Shown here: in pieces, positions 12,125-23,012 of the stretch
Position numbering within the stretch: the first letter of the stretch is position 1
How the letters are laid out: every line of letters starts with the position of its first letter
From: Curvularia clavata
Taxonomy: Eukaryota
Length of the DNA stretch: 64,000 nt
Direction of reading: 5' to 3'
NCBI GenBank assembly: GCA_023920165.1
Contig: CP089279.1
Coordinates: forward strand, 1,116,001 to 1,180,000
The notes under the pieces: model-generated
The model's input: the letters and a program-made list of their open reading frames with translations, nothing else
Databases searched by the model: none
What the model was told of the DNA's origin: nothing
Position numbers and translations under genes: made by a program

Positions 12125-13804
12125 TCATCCCATAAATGTCTTGCCTGCAGGCCTGCGCACAAACAGCATCTTCGGCGACTGAGAGTTGGTGCAAGCGTTC
12201 ATCGGACTGACGCAGATACCGTAACCACAACATGACTTGATAGCACACAGCTGGTTGTCAGCGCAGTCGGCGTCTACGTCACAGCGTGGGCTGGTGGCGC
12301 AAGGGGTGGTGCCGGGGACACAGATACCGCCGCCGTTGTTGAGAGAACCGCAAACACACTCGCCGCCCGGTCCACATGGCTATAGAAACGTCAGTTCATT
12401 CCCGGATAGGACTGGATACAAAGTTCTCACCTTGAACGTCTCGCACGTGGCGCCCTCACAGCCGGGAGAGGTGCAAAGGCCTTTAGAGCACAAACCGCTG
12501 GGGCACTGGGGAGGTGTTAGCTTGCTGGTCGATGCAACGTGGAAGAGAAGGAGATGAAAAGGAGACTTACCACATTGCCGCAGGAACCGCAGTTGTTAGG
12601 ATCGTTGTCAAGATCAGCTTGAGGACCGACGGGTGGCAAAGTAGTCGACTCAATGATGTACAATGTTGGGGTGAATTGTTCAGTGGCAGTAGTCTGGGCA
12701 AGTATGTCAGACGCTAAACTTCCATAAAAGCCTAGTACTAGACTTACAGTGATGGTGGCGGTGGCAGTCTCGGTGGTAGTGATCTCAGTCGTGGCAGTGG
12801 CGGTCGAAGTGACAGTAACGGTGGAAGTGCTGGTAACACCCTCCGTGGCTGTGGGTGTCTGAACACCAAGGCATCCGCAACCCTGGACGATCTTTGCACA
12901 CTCGAATTGCTGGAGCTCCGCTGGTGCCTCGGGGCACAGGATGACGGGAGTGGGGGTAACGTAGACGGCCGAGGACGAAGTGGTGGAGTTCACGGCAGGG
13001 TAGGGCTGGTAGACGCTCGAGTTGACGGCGGGATAGTGCTGGTAAGTGCCCGAGCTGACTGGGTAGTATGCCTGGACAGTGCTTGAGGATGCCGCATAGT
13101 AGTAATTATTAGCCTTCGAGGAGCCAGAGGGGTAGTACTGGTAGGCCTGCGCGGAGCCAGAGGGGTAGTACTCGTAGCCCTTTGCAGAGTTAGTGGGGTA
13201 GGAACCCATGGTGTTGTAGGGCTCATTTTGAGTCGGCTTCAAAGTGCCGGTGCATGACGTAGAAGAAGACTTTGTGGAAGTGCTGCTTGTGCAGGTAGTA
13301 GACGAAGTGTTAGCAGGCTGTGTGGAGTAAGCCTCTGCAGTGCTTGACGTCTTTCCCTTGGTGCACGTTTCGCTGCTAGCAGCAGACTGAGGTACAACAC
13401 TTCGCTTTACAACAGTTATTGGGCATCCTGGGTCGGTGAAGGTTCTAGCTATGTTAGCAGCCGCATTCGGATCCAAGCAAGAAAGCCTACTTAGTGGTGG
13501 TCACCGAAACAGTATCGGCGGTGGCAGTCACGGTACCAGCGGTGGTGGTCTCCTCTTTGGTGATTGTCTCCGTCGCTGTCTCAGTCTCAGTTACACCAGC
13601 GGTAGCGGTTTCGGTGGCGAAGACCACAGTCGTAGAGTAGACAGTGGCAGTCTGGATTTTGAGCAGGGACGAGCAAAGTTCCGGGGCGTAAGGAGCGGCG
13701 TTCAAGACATCGACGACATCAGAAATTTGGTCGCATTGAGTCTCTTCAGTAGCAGAAGTGGCGATAGCCAACGACAAAAGGAGTGGAGCGGTAAACGAGC
13801 GCAT
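12125..13804 (-). CDS. Secreted Thr/Ser-rich protein with Tyr-rich tandem repeats and a C-terminal Cys-rich (DPNNCGSCGNVC, Stig1-like) region, 5 exons
   Basis: Signal peptide MRSFTAPLLLSLAIATSA. Four canonical introns (near 13440-13490, 12695-12747, 12506-12570, 12380-12430) join an open frame ending ...RRPAGKTFMG-TGA at 12125; about 19 Cys in the last ~110 aa. Confidence 0.8.
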
Positions 13805-14566
13805 GTTGAAGGAGTGGAATGGTCTAGGACCGGCTGCTGAATCTTGTTTCTGCTGAAGGGAATGCGAGTATCCAGTGCAGCATCAAGCATGCATGAAAGC
13901 CATCGTATATATACATGATAGAATGTGTCCCGATTCAAGATACTTCTGGTGGCGCTGTGTGTGAGCTGTGTATCTCTGGACACGCAGGGCGCCTGGTCCA
14001 ATTTTACGGCGTCTCCGTGAGCCTCATCGCTTTCGCTCTACTAAGACAAACACACAGAATTGTTTGAAGCGAAATGAGATAGTGTCAAAGTCCCACAAGG
14101 GGTAGTGGGCAGGTGCAAGAGTCAAGCCAGGTAGACTGGCTGTGTAAAACCAACCCATTTTAGTATGGTAGAATCGGCGCCGCGGCGCTTGTCCCCCGAG
14201 GAGCAGGCTCGGCAGATCCGCTCAACAAACGAGGGCGTTCTGTAGCGTATTGAGTGGACAGTGCGTAAGTCTAAAGTCGGTTGTCCCTGCCAAGCGCGAG
14301 GCTGAAGAGCAGCTGAGCAGATCTAGATTCACAGTACTCGAGTCCAAGCGGGAGAGGCGCTTGACAGTACATCGTACCATGCACCTTTGTGGCTTTTTAA
14401 GTCAGGGTGAAAGACCTACTCGACATCCACATCTCAATAACTATATGCAGAACTGAACAACACGATGCTGCCAAGTTCGATATCACGCGAAACTGTGCAT
14501 TGCTAGCTGGGTATCTAAAATTAATCCTAGTACTGTGGCGCATACGTCGCACAGGAGGGATATCTA

Positions 14567-15709
14567 TCATGCAGTGCGCCGAGCATCGGGCATATTCTTC
14601 CTTTCTTTGGCAGCAACCTTCTTGCGACGGCGCTCGATGACCTTGTCGCGCTGCTTCGACTTCATATTCTGGAAGCGGTCGACCAGGGCAATCTTCTTTT
14701 GCTCGGCTGGAAAACAGTTAGCTTGCAAAGTCTCCACGTAAGAAGGACCATGGACATACATTTCTTCAAGAAGAAAGGCTTCTTGCCCTCCTTGACAAGC
14801 TCCTTCTCCTTCTTCTTGTGTTCGCGTGTCACCTCCTTTAGCTTCTCCTTGTTCTCTCGAGCTTTCTGCTGGGACTCCATGGACAGGAGTTTCTTCTTCA
14901 GCCGCTCCTTCTCATCTTCGTTCTTTGTCTTTTTGATGGTGCTACGTAGTTCTCCAATCTCTGAAGCCCGGTAGTCGTTGAGGAAGGAATAGCGCTTGTC
15001 GATCACGAACTCGTCTGGCCGGGGTCCAGATACGTTGTCAAATCGTGGGTCTCGGAAGACGGGCTTCTTAACGTCGACCACCTGGCGCTTGCGCGACACC
15101 ATGCGTTTGCTGGACTGGACGGCTGGGGCATGTTTACTCGAGCGCGCATGAGGAGCAGCATCCGAGTCGGAGTCGTCATCGTCGCCCGTGTCCTGGTCGC
15201 CTTTGCTCTCTCCCTGAACGGGCTTCGTCTTGGACTTGGTGGATGTCTTGGCTTTCTTACTAGGTTGAGCACCATTTGCAAGCTTCTCAGCCTTGATTTG
15301 CCTCAGCCGCTCTCTTAAGGCCTCCAGTTTGTCTTCTTGCGATTTCGATGTATCGTCGCCTCGCTTGCGCTTTCGATCGGATGATTGCTGTGAGATAGCA
15401 TCTTGTGCCTTGGCTAATGCGCCGAAAGAGACCCTGCTTATTTGCGCTTTTACTTGATTGTCGTCTTCGTCGTCATTGTCTGACTTGTCCATGTCAGTGG
15501 CGCTCGCTTTTCGAATAGCCGTGTCCAGTGCTCACCATGTCTTCGGAGCCAGCGTCCTCTTCGCTATCCGAGCTGATGATGTTGCCGCCATCGTCTGCCT
15601 CGATGACAGACGCAGAAGAAGAGCGATCGGTAACCTCGTAGTAGTCTTCGCCATCCGAGCTATCTTCTGCCGCTCGCAGGTTGCGATCGAGTTTGTTGGA
15701 GAGCACCAT
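14567..15709 (-). CDS. RRP36: rRNA biogenesis protein Rrp36 (DUF947), 3 exons
   Basis: ISRVSFGALAKAQ, RSSKHAPAVQSSKRMVSRKR, RDPRFD, YSFLNDYRASE, GKKPFFLK, RRKKVAAKERKNMP. Introns 15484-15535 and 14707-14759. Confidence 0.93.
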
Positions 15710-16118
15710 GGCGGGTGTAGTGTCTTGTGCTTGGGATGGGGTTGAGCGTCGCGAAAGATTCCCGACTTTTTGGTGGACCCCACATGATTGCCAGGGCTCC
15801 GATTCGCCGATAGGGCTGACAGGCAGGGTAGGCAACTACGCGCCCAAATTTCCATAACGGCGTCACCAGCTGGGCTCATGCTTCGGCCGTCACATCGTCA
15901 CCTCAGCGTTTGCTTCACTCCTCACTCCTCAATTGCCTCCAGGTGGCTGCCGTCAGCGCACGTGCCCCATGGCCGCAGTCACACCAGCTCGGTACACCAT
16001 CCCCCGCCGCACTTCTATCCCAACTTCTTCCACTAACGTTGCCAACTCCAAGACCACCACAGGTCGACCTAGTCTTTTCCACAAGCACACAATCCCTCGT
16101 GACGCCGCATCCCTTAGC

Positions 16119-17774
16119 ATGAGCGACTCATGGAACCCGCACGCGCTGCCTTTCCGGCCTGGCGCAATCGACCAGCAACAGCAGAATCCCGGCGGTTTCG
16201 CAAACCAGTATCCTCCCCCTCCACCCCCTCCTCCAGGATCCCAAGGCCCCCATGGCCAACCGGGCGTCCAGTGCAATACCAACCTCGTACTGCCTCCGCC
16301 TCCGCCTCGGCCACCACAGCCTCATATGTTCAACAATGCACAAGAATACGACTGCGCTGTCTTCCAGCACGCGCAGCTCTCCCATCACTGGATGATGCAC
16401 ATGTGCTATGGACAGCCTGTACCCCCACCGCCAATCTTTCCTCCAGGCCCAGCTGCTTTCGCAGTACGTCCGCCGCATGTGCAGCCACATGGACCCCTGC
16501 TGTTTGGCCAGCCATCCTATGCGCCTCCGCCATTTGTGCCTCAGCAGCAAAGTCGTATGTTTACCGATCAGGCACAGCATCGCGTAGAGGATTCGCAAAT
16601 ACATGTCTCCCACGGTGCAACGAACGAGGACATGCAGTACGTTTTCGATGCCTTTAAGTGCTTAAAATCTAGGAATCCCAATGCTAACATTCAAAGCACG
16701 CCGACCCTCCCAGGAAATCCACAGAGGACAGGACCTGCTGCCAATGGGCACGACGAGCAGAATGAGTATGATGCCCTCCCCTATATTGATTCTCATAAAG
16801 TTGCCAATGGTCGGATTAACAAGAAACCCAGAGCATCCAAAGGCCCCAAGCTATCGGCCCCTTCTACTGAAAAGAAGGGCCGATATGGGGACAAGAAGAT
16901 TATGCTTCCTCCGCCCCAGCCCACAGAAGAGTACATGTCTCAAGCTGCTGAAGAGCCGTCTACAAACGAGACTCCTGGCCCCATATTGGTGATTCTGGAT
17001 CTCAACGGCACCGTCCTATACCGACCTAATCGCAACGCAAAGACTATGATCGAACGCCCATTTTTGAAACCCTTCCTCCGCTACTTGTTTGGAAACTTCA
17101 AGGTCATGGTCTGGTCAAGTGCTAGACCAGATAACGTCAAGGCCCTTGTAAACAAGGCTCTGGACGAGGAGCTGCGTTCCAAACTCGTAGCTCAGTGGGC
17201 ACGTGATAGCTTTGGGTTGTCTCCAGCCAATTATCAACTGAACGTCCAAGTATACAAGAACCTGAAGTTGGTATGGAGCCGGAGCCAAATCCAGTCACAT
17301 CATCCAGACTTCGAGACTGGTGGTCGCTTTGGTCAGCACAATACGGTGCTGATTGATGACAGTGCTCTCAAAGCCAATGCTCAACCGTACAACCTACTCG
17401 AGATTCCGGAATTCTCAGCCACACCAGAGCAAATGCAAGGTGATGTACTGCGCGAAGTAGCCGGCTATCTGGAAGCATTGAGGTACCAGTCCGACGTGTC
17501 CAAATTCATCAGAAAACATCCGTTCGTCGAGGGCGGCCAATGGACGTTCGACTGGCCTGACGACGCCGCGGGTGGTGGTGAGGTGACTGGCGACATCCCT
17601 GCTGCTCCGCTGAGTAAGAAAGAGAGGAAGAGACAGGCCAAGGCCGCCGCGGCTGCAGCTGCAGCTACAGCTACAAATAACGCCACTACTCCTTTGGCAC
17701 AGCCTTCCTTGCGACAGAATCCCCGCAGTTTGGCTTCGGGTCCAATAGCAGGCTCGATACAAGGCGACTGGTAA
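16119..17774 (+). CDS. NIF/FCP1-like HAD-superfamily phosphatase-domain protein with a Pro/Gln-rich N-terminus
   Basis: ILVILDLNGTVLYR (HAD motif I variant), RPFLKPFLRYL, VMVWSSARP, KNLKLVW, NTVLIDDS. First plausible ATG at 16119 (MSDSWNPH). Confidence 0.85.
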   Translation: MSDSWNPHALPFRPGAIDQQQQNPGGFANQYPPPPPPPPGSQGPHGQPGVQCNTNLVLPPPPPRPPQPHMFNNAQEYDCAVFQHAQLSHHWMMHMCYGQPVPPPPIFPPGPAAFAVRPPHVQPHGPLLFGQPSYAPPPFVPQQQSRMFTDQAQHRVEDSQIHVSHGATNEDMQYVFDAFKCLKSRNPNANIQSTPTLPGNPQRTGPAANGHDEQNEYDALPYIDSHKVANGRINKKPRASKGPKLSAPSTEKKGRYGDKKIMLPPPQPTEEYMSQAAEEPSTNETPGPILVILDLNGTVLYRPNRNAKTMIERPFLKPFLRYLFGNFKVMVWSSARPDNVKALVNKALDEELRSKLVAQWARDSFGLSPANYQLNVQVYKNLKLVWSRSQIQSHHPDFETGGRFGQHNTVLIDDSALKANAQPYNLLEIPEFSATPEQMQGDVLREVAGYLEALRYQSDVSKFIRKHPFVEGGQWTFDWPDDAAGGGEVTGDIPAAPLSKKERKRQAKAAAAAAAATATNNATTPLAQPSLRQNPRSLASGPIAGSIQGDW

Positions 17775-18316
17775 ACATGTTAACTATTATCCGAACCGGA
17801 ACAAGTCCCAACCTTGGGTATTTTACAAAGTCGGTGTCAAGAGTAATGAAGTAAGTACATGCAAAGTCGATTTGAGTGATGATACCATTCAGCGATGATA
17901 CTACTGCGTTTATGCAGAAGCTCACAACTGCGACCATATGAACGCGGATTTTGTTTTTTCAATTCGACATGTGGATCTTATAGAAATAGGCAAAGTAGAC
18001 ACTGTGTCGCTACAGTAAGTCCTGTGCTGTCCACATGCTCTATGCAAGTTCCATAGGGACATCAAGAATATGAATATATTTGTGAAACTTCAAAGCGATG
18101 GTTCAATCTTGAAGACTAGTATGTGGATTCATGTATCGCAGATGATAGCACTGTGGAGCAAAAGGTAAGCGAATTGGGTCCCTATCAAGGCCCACAGCAT
18201 CAAATCCACTGAAGGAGATTGAGTGGAGATGCAAGGTAACTGAAATGGCTGATGAAGCATTGTACTTGCTATCATATTACATCTGATTCAAGTTTTTTCC
18301 ATCAAATCAGCAACAC

Positions 18317-18401
18317 GGTCGCTTAGCTCAGTTGGTTAGAGCGTGGTGCTAATACCTTGTATGATACGCCAAGGTCGCGAGTTCGACCCTCGTAGTGACC
18401 A
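18317..18401 (+). tRNA. tRNA-Ile (anticodon AAU) with an 11-nt intron (18355-18365)
   Basis: Acceptor stem GGTCGCT/AGTGACC-A; D arm TAGCTCAGTTGGTTAGAGC; anticodon arm TGGTG-CTAATA^A-CGCCA; T arm GCGAG-TTCGACC-CTCGT; mature length 74 nt; downstream TTTTT Pol III terminator near 18414. Confidence 0.96.
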
Positions 18402-18674
18402 TCACTGATTATCTTTTTGCCCCTCTATCATCATCTGCGGTACTGGGGTTGCTCTGTCTTTCAACTTGCTGTCTTCTTTTTTTTTGTTGTTGCAGAATCA
18501 GGTATAGCAAGAGAAGTGCGACTCTCATTACCATGTACTATCACTGTTTTAACATGGAATTTACAACTCAGGACAACAGCCATTGAAGTTAAACAATGAG
18601 TTTCATGACATATACAAGTACAAACGCCCAACATGTACAAAAAAATCAATGGTATCTATCCAAAAACGGCCCTT

Positions 18675-21124
18675 TTAAACCGCCGGTACTGCATCCTCCA
18701 AACTCGACATATCCATGGTCAGTGCATCTCTGCAGGCGCCATTTTCGCAGAGCATCACACCCTCCTTGGCAGGGTCCATGCTTTGTACCAGAGCGTTTCT
18801 TGATTTGAGCCACTCGCCCATACCTTTACCAACTCTGCTGACAGTTCCCAGACCGACCGGCCGCTCGCGGTATCTGGTTAGCCACTCGTCGACTTTCTGG
18901 CCGTCGCCTGTGATAACCACATGTCTGATGCCGAGTTTGCCCGCGACCACGGCGTCCATCATGCTCGGGAAGAGGAAAGGGTGTTGCATGATTTCGGCCT
19001 CGAAAGCCGAAGCGGTGTCACGGGCGCGCTGGGTGTATTCGTCGTCTTCGAGGAGCGCACCCAGACGGTCAAGGTTCTGCGCCGAGACGCCGTTTGTACC
19101 TGGCTCTGCGTTGTCCATGCCGTCCTTGAGTCGCAGGATCAGGTCTGTTTGGTCTTCGGGTGTGGAGAAGAAGCCGAGATGTTGCTTGTCCCAGAACATC
19201 CGGAGTTGTGTTTTCTGCAAATCATCGGCCCATTGCAGGTATGAGTCATTGAAAGTGGCTTCGTAAAGGTCAATGAGGCCAGAGATAAGGTAGGCATAGT
19301 CGTCCGCGAATCCAGGCGCATCGCCGGGGCCTTCACGCCAGACACGGATCAGTGTCTTGGAGTCGGAATTGTAGAGATGTTTTTGAAGGAAAGCAGCGGC
19401 TTTCTCAGCTGCAGCAAGATACTCTTTTGAGCGCGTTGGGTCTTGGGATGCCAATACTGCAGATGTTCGCGCCAGAGCACCAATAGCAAGGCCGTTCCAG
19501 GATACTACGATCTTATCGTCCAAGCCTGGTCGCGGTCGCTCCTTGTTGCGGTGCTCAAGAAGCTTTTGTCGGCCTTCTGTGAGGATTTTGCTAACCTTCT
19601 CCTCTGAAAGACCAAACTGCTTGGCGAGATCTGTGGGTGTCGATGTAATGGCCAACACATTCTGGTTAATGAGTTCGTCATGTGCATCGTGCTCTGGTGC
19701 AACATTGCCTTCATCTTTGACGTTGTAGTATCGTGCAAGAATCTCAGCATCCCTTTCGCCAAGGATATCCCTAAACTCCTTCAATGTCCATACATAAAAT
19801 GCGCCCTCTCGCTTCTCCTTGTCGTTTGGACGATACAGTGAGTCGGCATCCTCGGATGAGAAGAAACCACCACTTTCGGCATGCATAGGCGGGCTCGTGA
19901 GATAGGTTGCGATATCGTGAACAGCCGAAAGATATTCAGGACTTTTCGTAAGCAGGTATGCGTCAAGGTACACAGAAAGCAACTGTGACTGGTCGTAAAG
20001 CATCTTCTCAAAATGCGGCAGACTCCAGTCCTTGGTAACAGAGTAACGTGCAAAGCCGTTTCCAATCTGGTCGTGTATGCCGCCCTTGTTCATAGCAGAC
20101 AATGTTGTCAGTGCCATATCTTTCGCACGTGTGCAATCCTTTGCCCCAACGACTTCCCTGACTGGGTTCGGGTATTGCGACAGCTTTAGGAGAAAGCGGA
20201 GATTGGAAGGAGTCGGGAACTTTGGCGCGCCACCAAAACCTGCGTGGACCTGGTCGTATCTCTTCTTGAAATGCTGGGCATTGTTAGCAAAAGTTTTGTT
20301 CTGTTTGCCCAAGGGTTACTCGCTTCATATGCTTCGTCCAGCAGCTCCAGGTCCAGAATTTCATTAGGCGCGCCATCTTTCCTGCTAATGTTACCCTCTT
20401 CAGCGAAGTCGCGCAGTTGTGCTGTGATTTCTTTGGCCGAGTCAAGACACCTTTGTCGCTGGTCCCTCCAGACATCCCGAACCTTCTTGAGAATACCAAC
20501 AAAACCAATGTGCTCTCCCATAGCCATTGTCGATCCTGGACCAGGCCAGTAGGTACCGCCAAATATGGGTTCAAGGTCGGGAGTGATGAAAACATTCAAA
20601 GGCCAACCTCCAGACCCTGTTGTGGCCTGGACGTAATTCATGTATATGCGGTCGACATCCGGGCGCTCTTCGCGATCAATCTTTATTGGGATAAAGTTCT
20701 CGTTTAGAAGCTTCGCGACCTCATCATTCTCGAATGACTCCCGCTCCATCACATGACACCAATGGCATGCTGCGTAGCCTATGCTGATGAATATCAGCCT
20801 GTTTGACTTTTTGGCCAGCTCAATAGCTTCTGGTCCCCATATCTGCCATGCGACGGGGTTGTTCATGTGGCCACGGACGTATGGGCTCCGACTCTCATTG
20901 AGGCGGTTTCTGAGCTTCAGGTCATCGCCTGACGCGGTCGGATGACTCGAAGCATTATGAGTGTTCATCCTGAGGATAGAGGTGCGGAATTCGCGCTGTG
21001 GCGCAAGAGAGACGTTTGGTCGAGTCACAGGAGCTGCAGCAGGGACTCGATGGGCGGGTGAAGTTGCAGCTGGAGTTCTGGCAGGTCGGCACGAAGCTCG
21101 AAAGTTGAATCTTACAAGAGGCAT
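18675..21124 (-). CDS. SPATA20/YyaL-family protein (DUF255 thioredoxin-like domain plus six-hairpin glycosidase-like domain), 2 exons
   Basis: NRLNESRSPYVRGHMNNPVAWQ, SIGYAACHWCHVMERESF, DREERPDVD, GGFGGAPKFP-like motif, PHFEKMLYDQ, DDKIVVSWNGL, GFADDYA. The two ORF halves join through a 50-nt GC-AG intron at 20274-20323. Confidence 0.93.
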
Positions 21125-22124
21125 TCAGCAAAAGAAAAAAGAGCCATGGAAAGTTATGGTGGCGCGTTCGGCGAAACTATTGCCGTTATCAATGGGCATC
21201 TCCGGTTGGCGACTCGCGTGTTGCCCCGCCCCCGCCAACGACGTAATCTCCGCGACCCCGGCTGGTCCAGCTGGCCCGACTGGCTGGTGAAGGCATGGCT
21301 TTCTGCACACTGCGTCTTACTGACGTGCATCGACCTTGCCGGATTCATCTACTAATCCCATGCAGAAGTTTCTGGAAAAGAAAATCTACTAGGTATGTAC
21401 GATCAAGTTGTACAAGATCACACGGAACATTAGACGTACATCAATTCAAATGATGATCTCTTCAATCTACTCGGGTTCCAGATCTGGCTTGGTTTCCAGT
21501 TCAAAGAATCTACATGTACAAGTCCGAGTCTACGACTAACTCTTGCATGTTACTAAGAGTTAAGTACAATATTGGAGACTAGCCAGCAAGGCATCTCCTC
21601 CTAACCTGCGTCGCGACTGGCTGAGGCATTGCCTATTATAACTACTGGTATCACTCTTTCTCTCGTGTTGCCTTAACAGTGGCAGCGACAGTGAGCATAT
21701 GCTGTGCTGTGCTGAGAAAAGCTACTGTCTTATGATGGAGTTTCTCCTGTCTTAATATTGTTAGACAAATTGTACTTTGCGAATATTTCAATTTCAAGAT
21801 TTCGCTTACGTCTCACACACACTCTCTATTCTCTTTACTTCTTGGGTCTTGGATAACCAGGAAATGTCCTGTCACTCGCTTGTGCGTAACACTCACTCCT
21901 GTGGCAGACGCCAGGAAGTAGTAGGCCGAGCACTCATGAAGGCTCATCTCTACAGCATTCTATGTTAACACAAACATGAAGTTCGAAATCCAGCCTTTTC
22001 TTGATGTCGTACCATTTTCTGTTCACGACAGCCTCAAAAGGACGAGCAGATTGCTCTTCACGTCAGCCTAGTATCCAGCCATTAAATTTGATACGGCGGC
22101 TTAGATTGCCAGAACACTAAAAAA

Positions 22125-23012
22125 ATACGCCTTTTCATTCTCATCACATCTGCTTTGGTCAGGATTGTCATTGCTAGGACTCATCTATACTATTGACAGC
22201 AAAGCGTTGTCCACAAGACAGAGGTCGCGATCAAGACAATCACTGTGACCCTTACATGCAGCAACACAGCAACCCCTATAGTCCCTGGATTTTCGTCTAC
22301 CATGGAGCCTGAGGCAATCACTACAGCGGTTTCTGTGTTTCAAATCCAGCACAAAACCTCGCCAACTTCATCTGTTTCAAAGATTCCTCCTACTGCTTCT
22401 GCACTTCCATCACCTCGCCCAACTCTACGGTCAAGCATGCAACATATAGCCCACTCAAACCACCATGTCCCCGGTCATAACCAAGCCTACCTCTACCATG
22501 GCCCCAGCTACCAAGCCTCTGTACTCTATCACCACAACGCCATTCGCGCCAACCACAACGCTACCCCTTTATCCTGGGACACCAAATGCGAAGCCAACGC
22601 TCGCCTCGCAGCCCGTCGTTGCGACTTTCGACATTTCATCCCCCCCAACGCAGGCCAGGGACAGAACCTCTTCATCATCTCTGGCACTGCCTTCAACGTC
22701 ACCGCCGGCATAACCGAATTCTGGTACCACGGCGAGCTACCTGCGATGATGCCGTGGTTCGGTCGAGCGGATTTACCTCACAATGTATTTGAGCAAGTTG
22801 GGCATCTGACGCAGCTAGTGTGGAGGGGGACGAAGAAGGTGGGATGCGTGTCTGTGAATTGTGGCAAGGCTATGAGGGTTAATGGGAGGCGTTCGGATAT
22901 GAACAAATATACGGTTTGTAACTATGCTCCGGCGGGCAATGTGGAAGGCGGATATGCGAAGAATGTTCGGCCGCCAGTTTCTGATGCCGAATGGGTTGAC
23001 TGGGCAGATTAG
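22125..23012 (+). pseudogene. CAP/SCP/PR-1 family gene with a disrupted N-terminus (ATA where a start codon is expected, in-frame TGA at 22194); the CAP domain is intact
   Basis: HHNAIRANHNATPLSWD, GQGQNL, GHLTQLVWRGTKKVGC, YTVCNYAPAGNV are CAP motifs. The same frame upstream reads IRLFILITSALVRIVIARTHLYY*QQSVVHKTEV, a signal-peptide remnant. A truncated cytosolic product from ATG 22302 is possible. Confidence 0.7.

Noticed and set aside
18355..18365. Intron in tRNA-Ile(AAU)
   Set aside because: Canonical position 37/38; intron-containing tRNAs are common in filamentous ascomycetes.
22125..22196. A-to-I editing could restore ATA to ATG and TGA to TGG in the PR-1 gene
   Set aside because: Formally possible, but neighbouring C>T-type changes point to DNA-level RIP, and sexual-stage mRNA editing is established mainly in Sordariomycetes. 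It could be revisited with fruiting-body RNA-seq.
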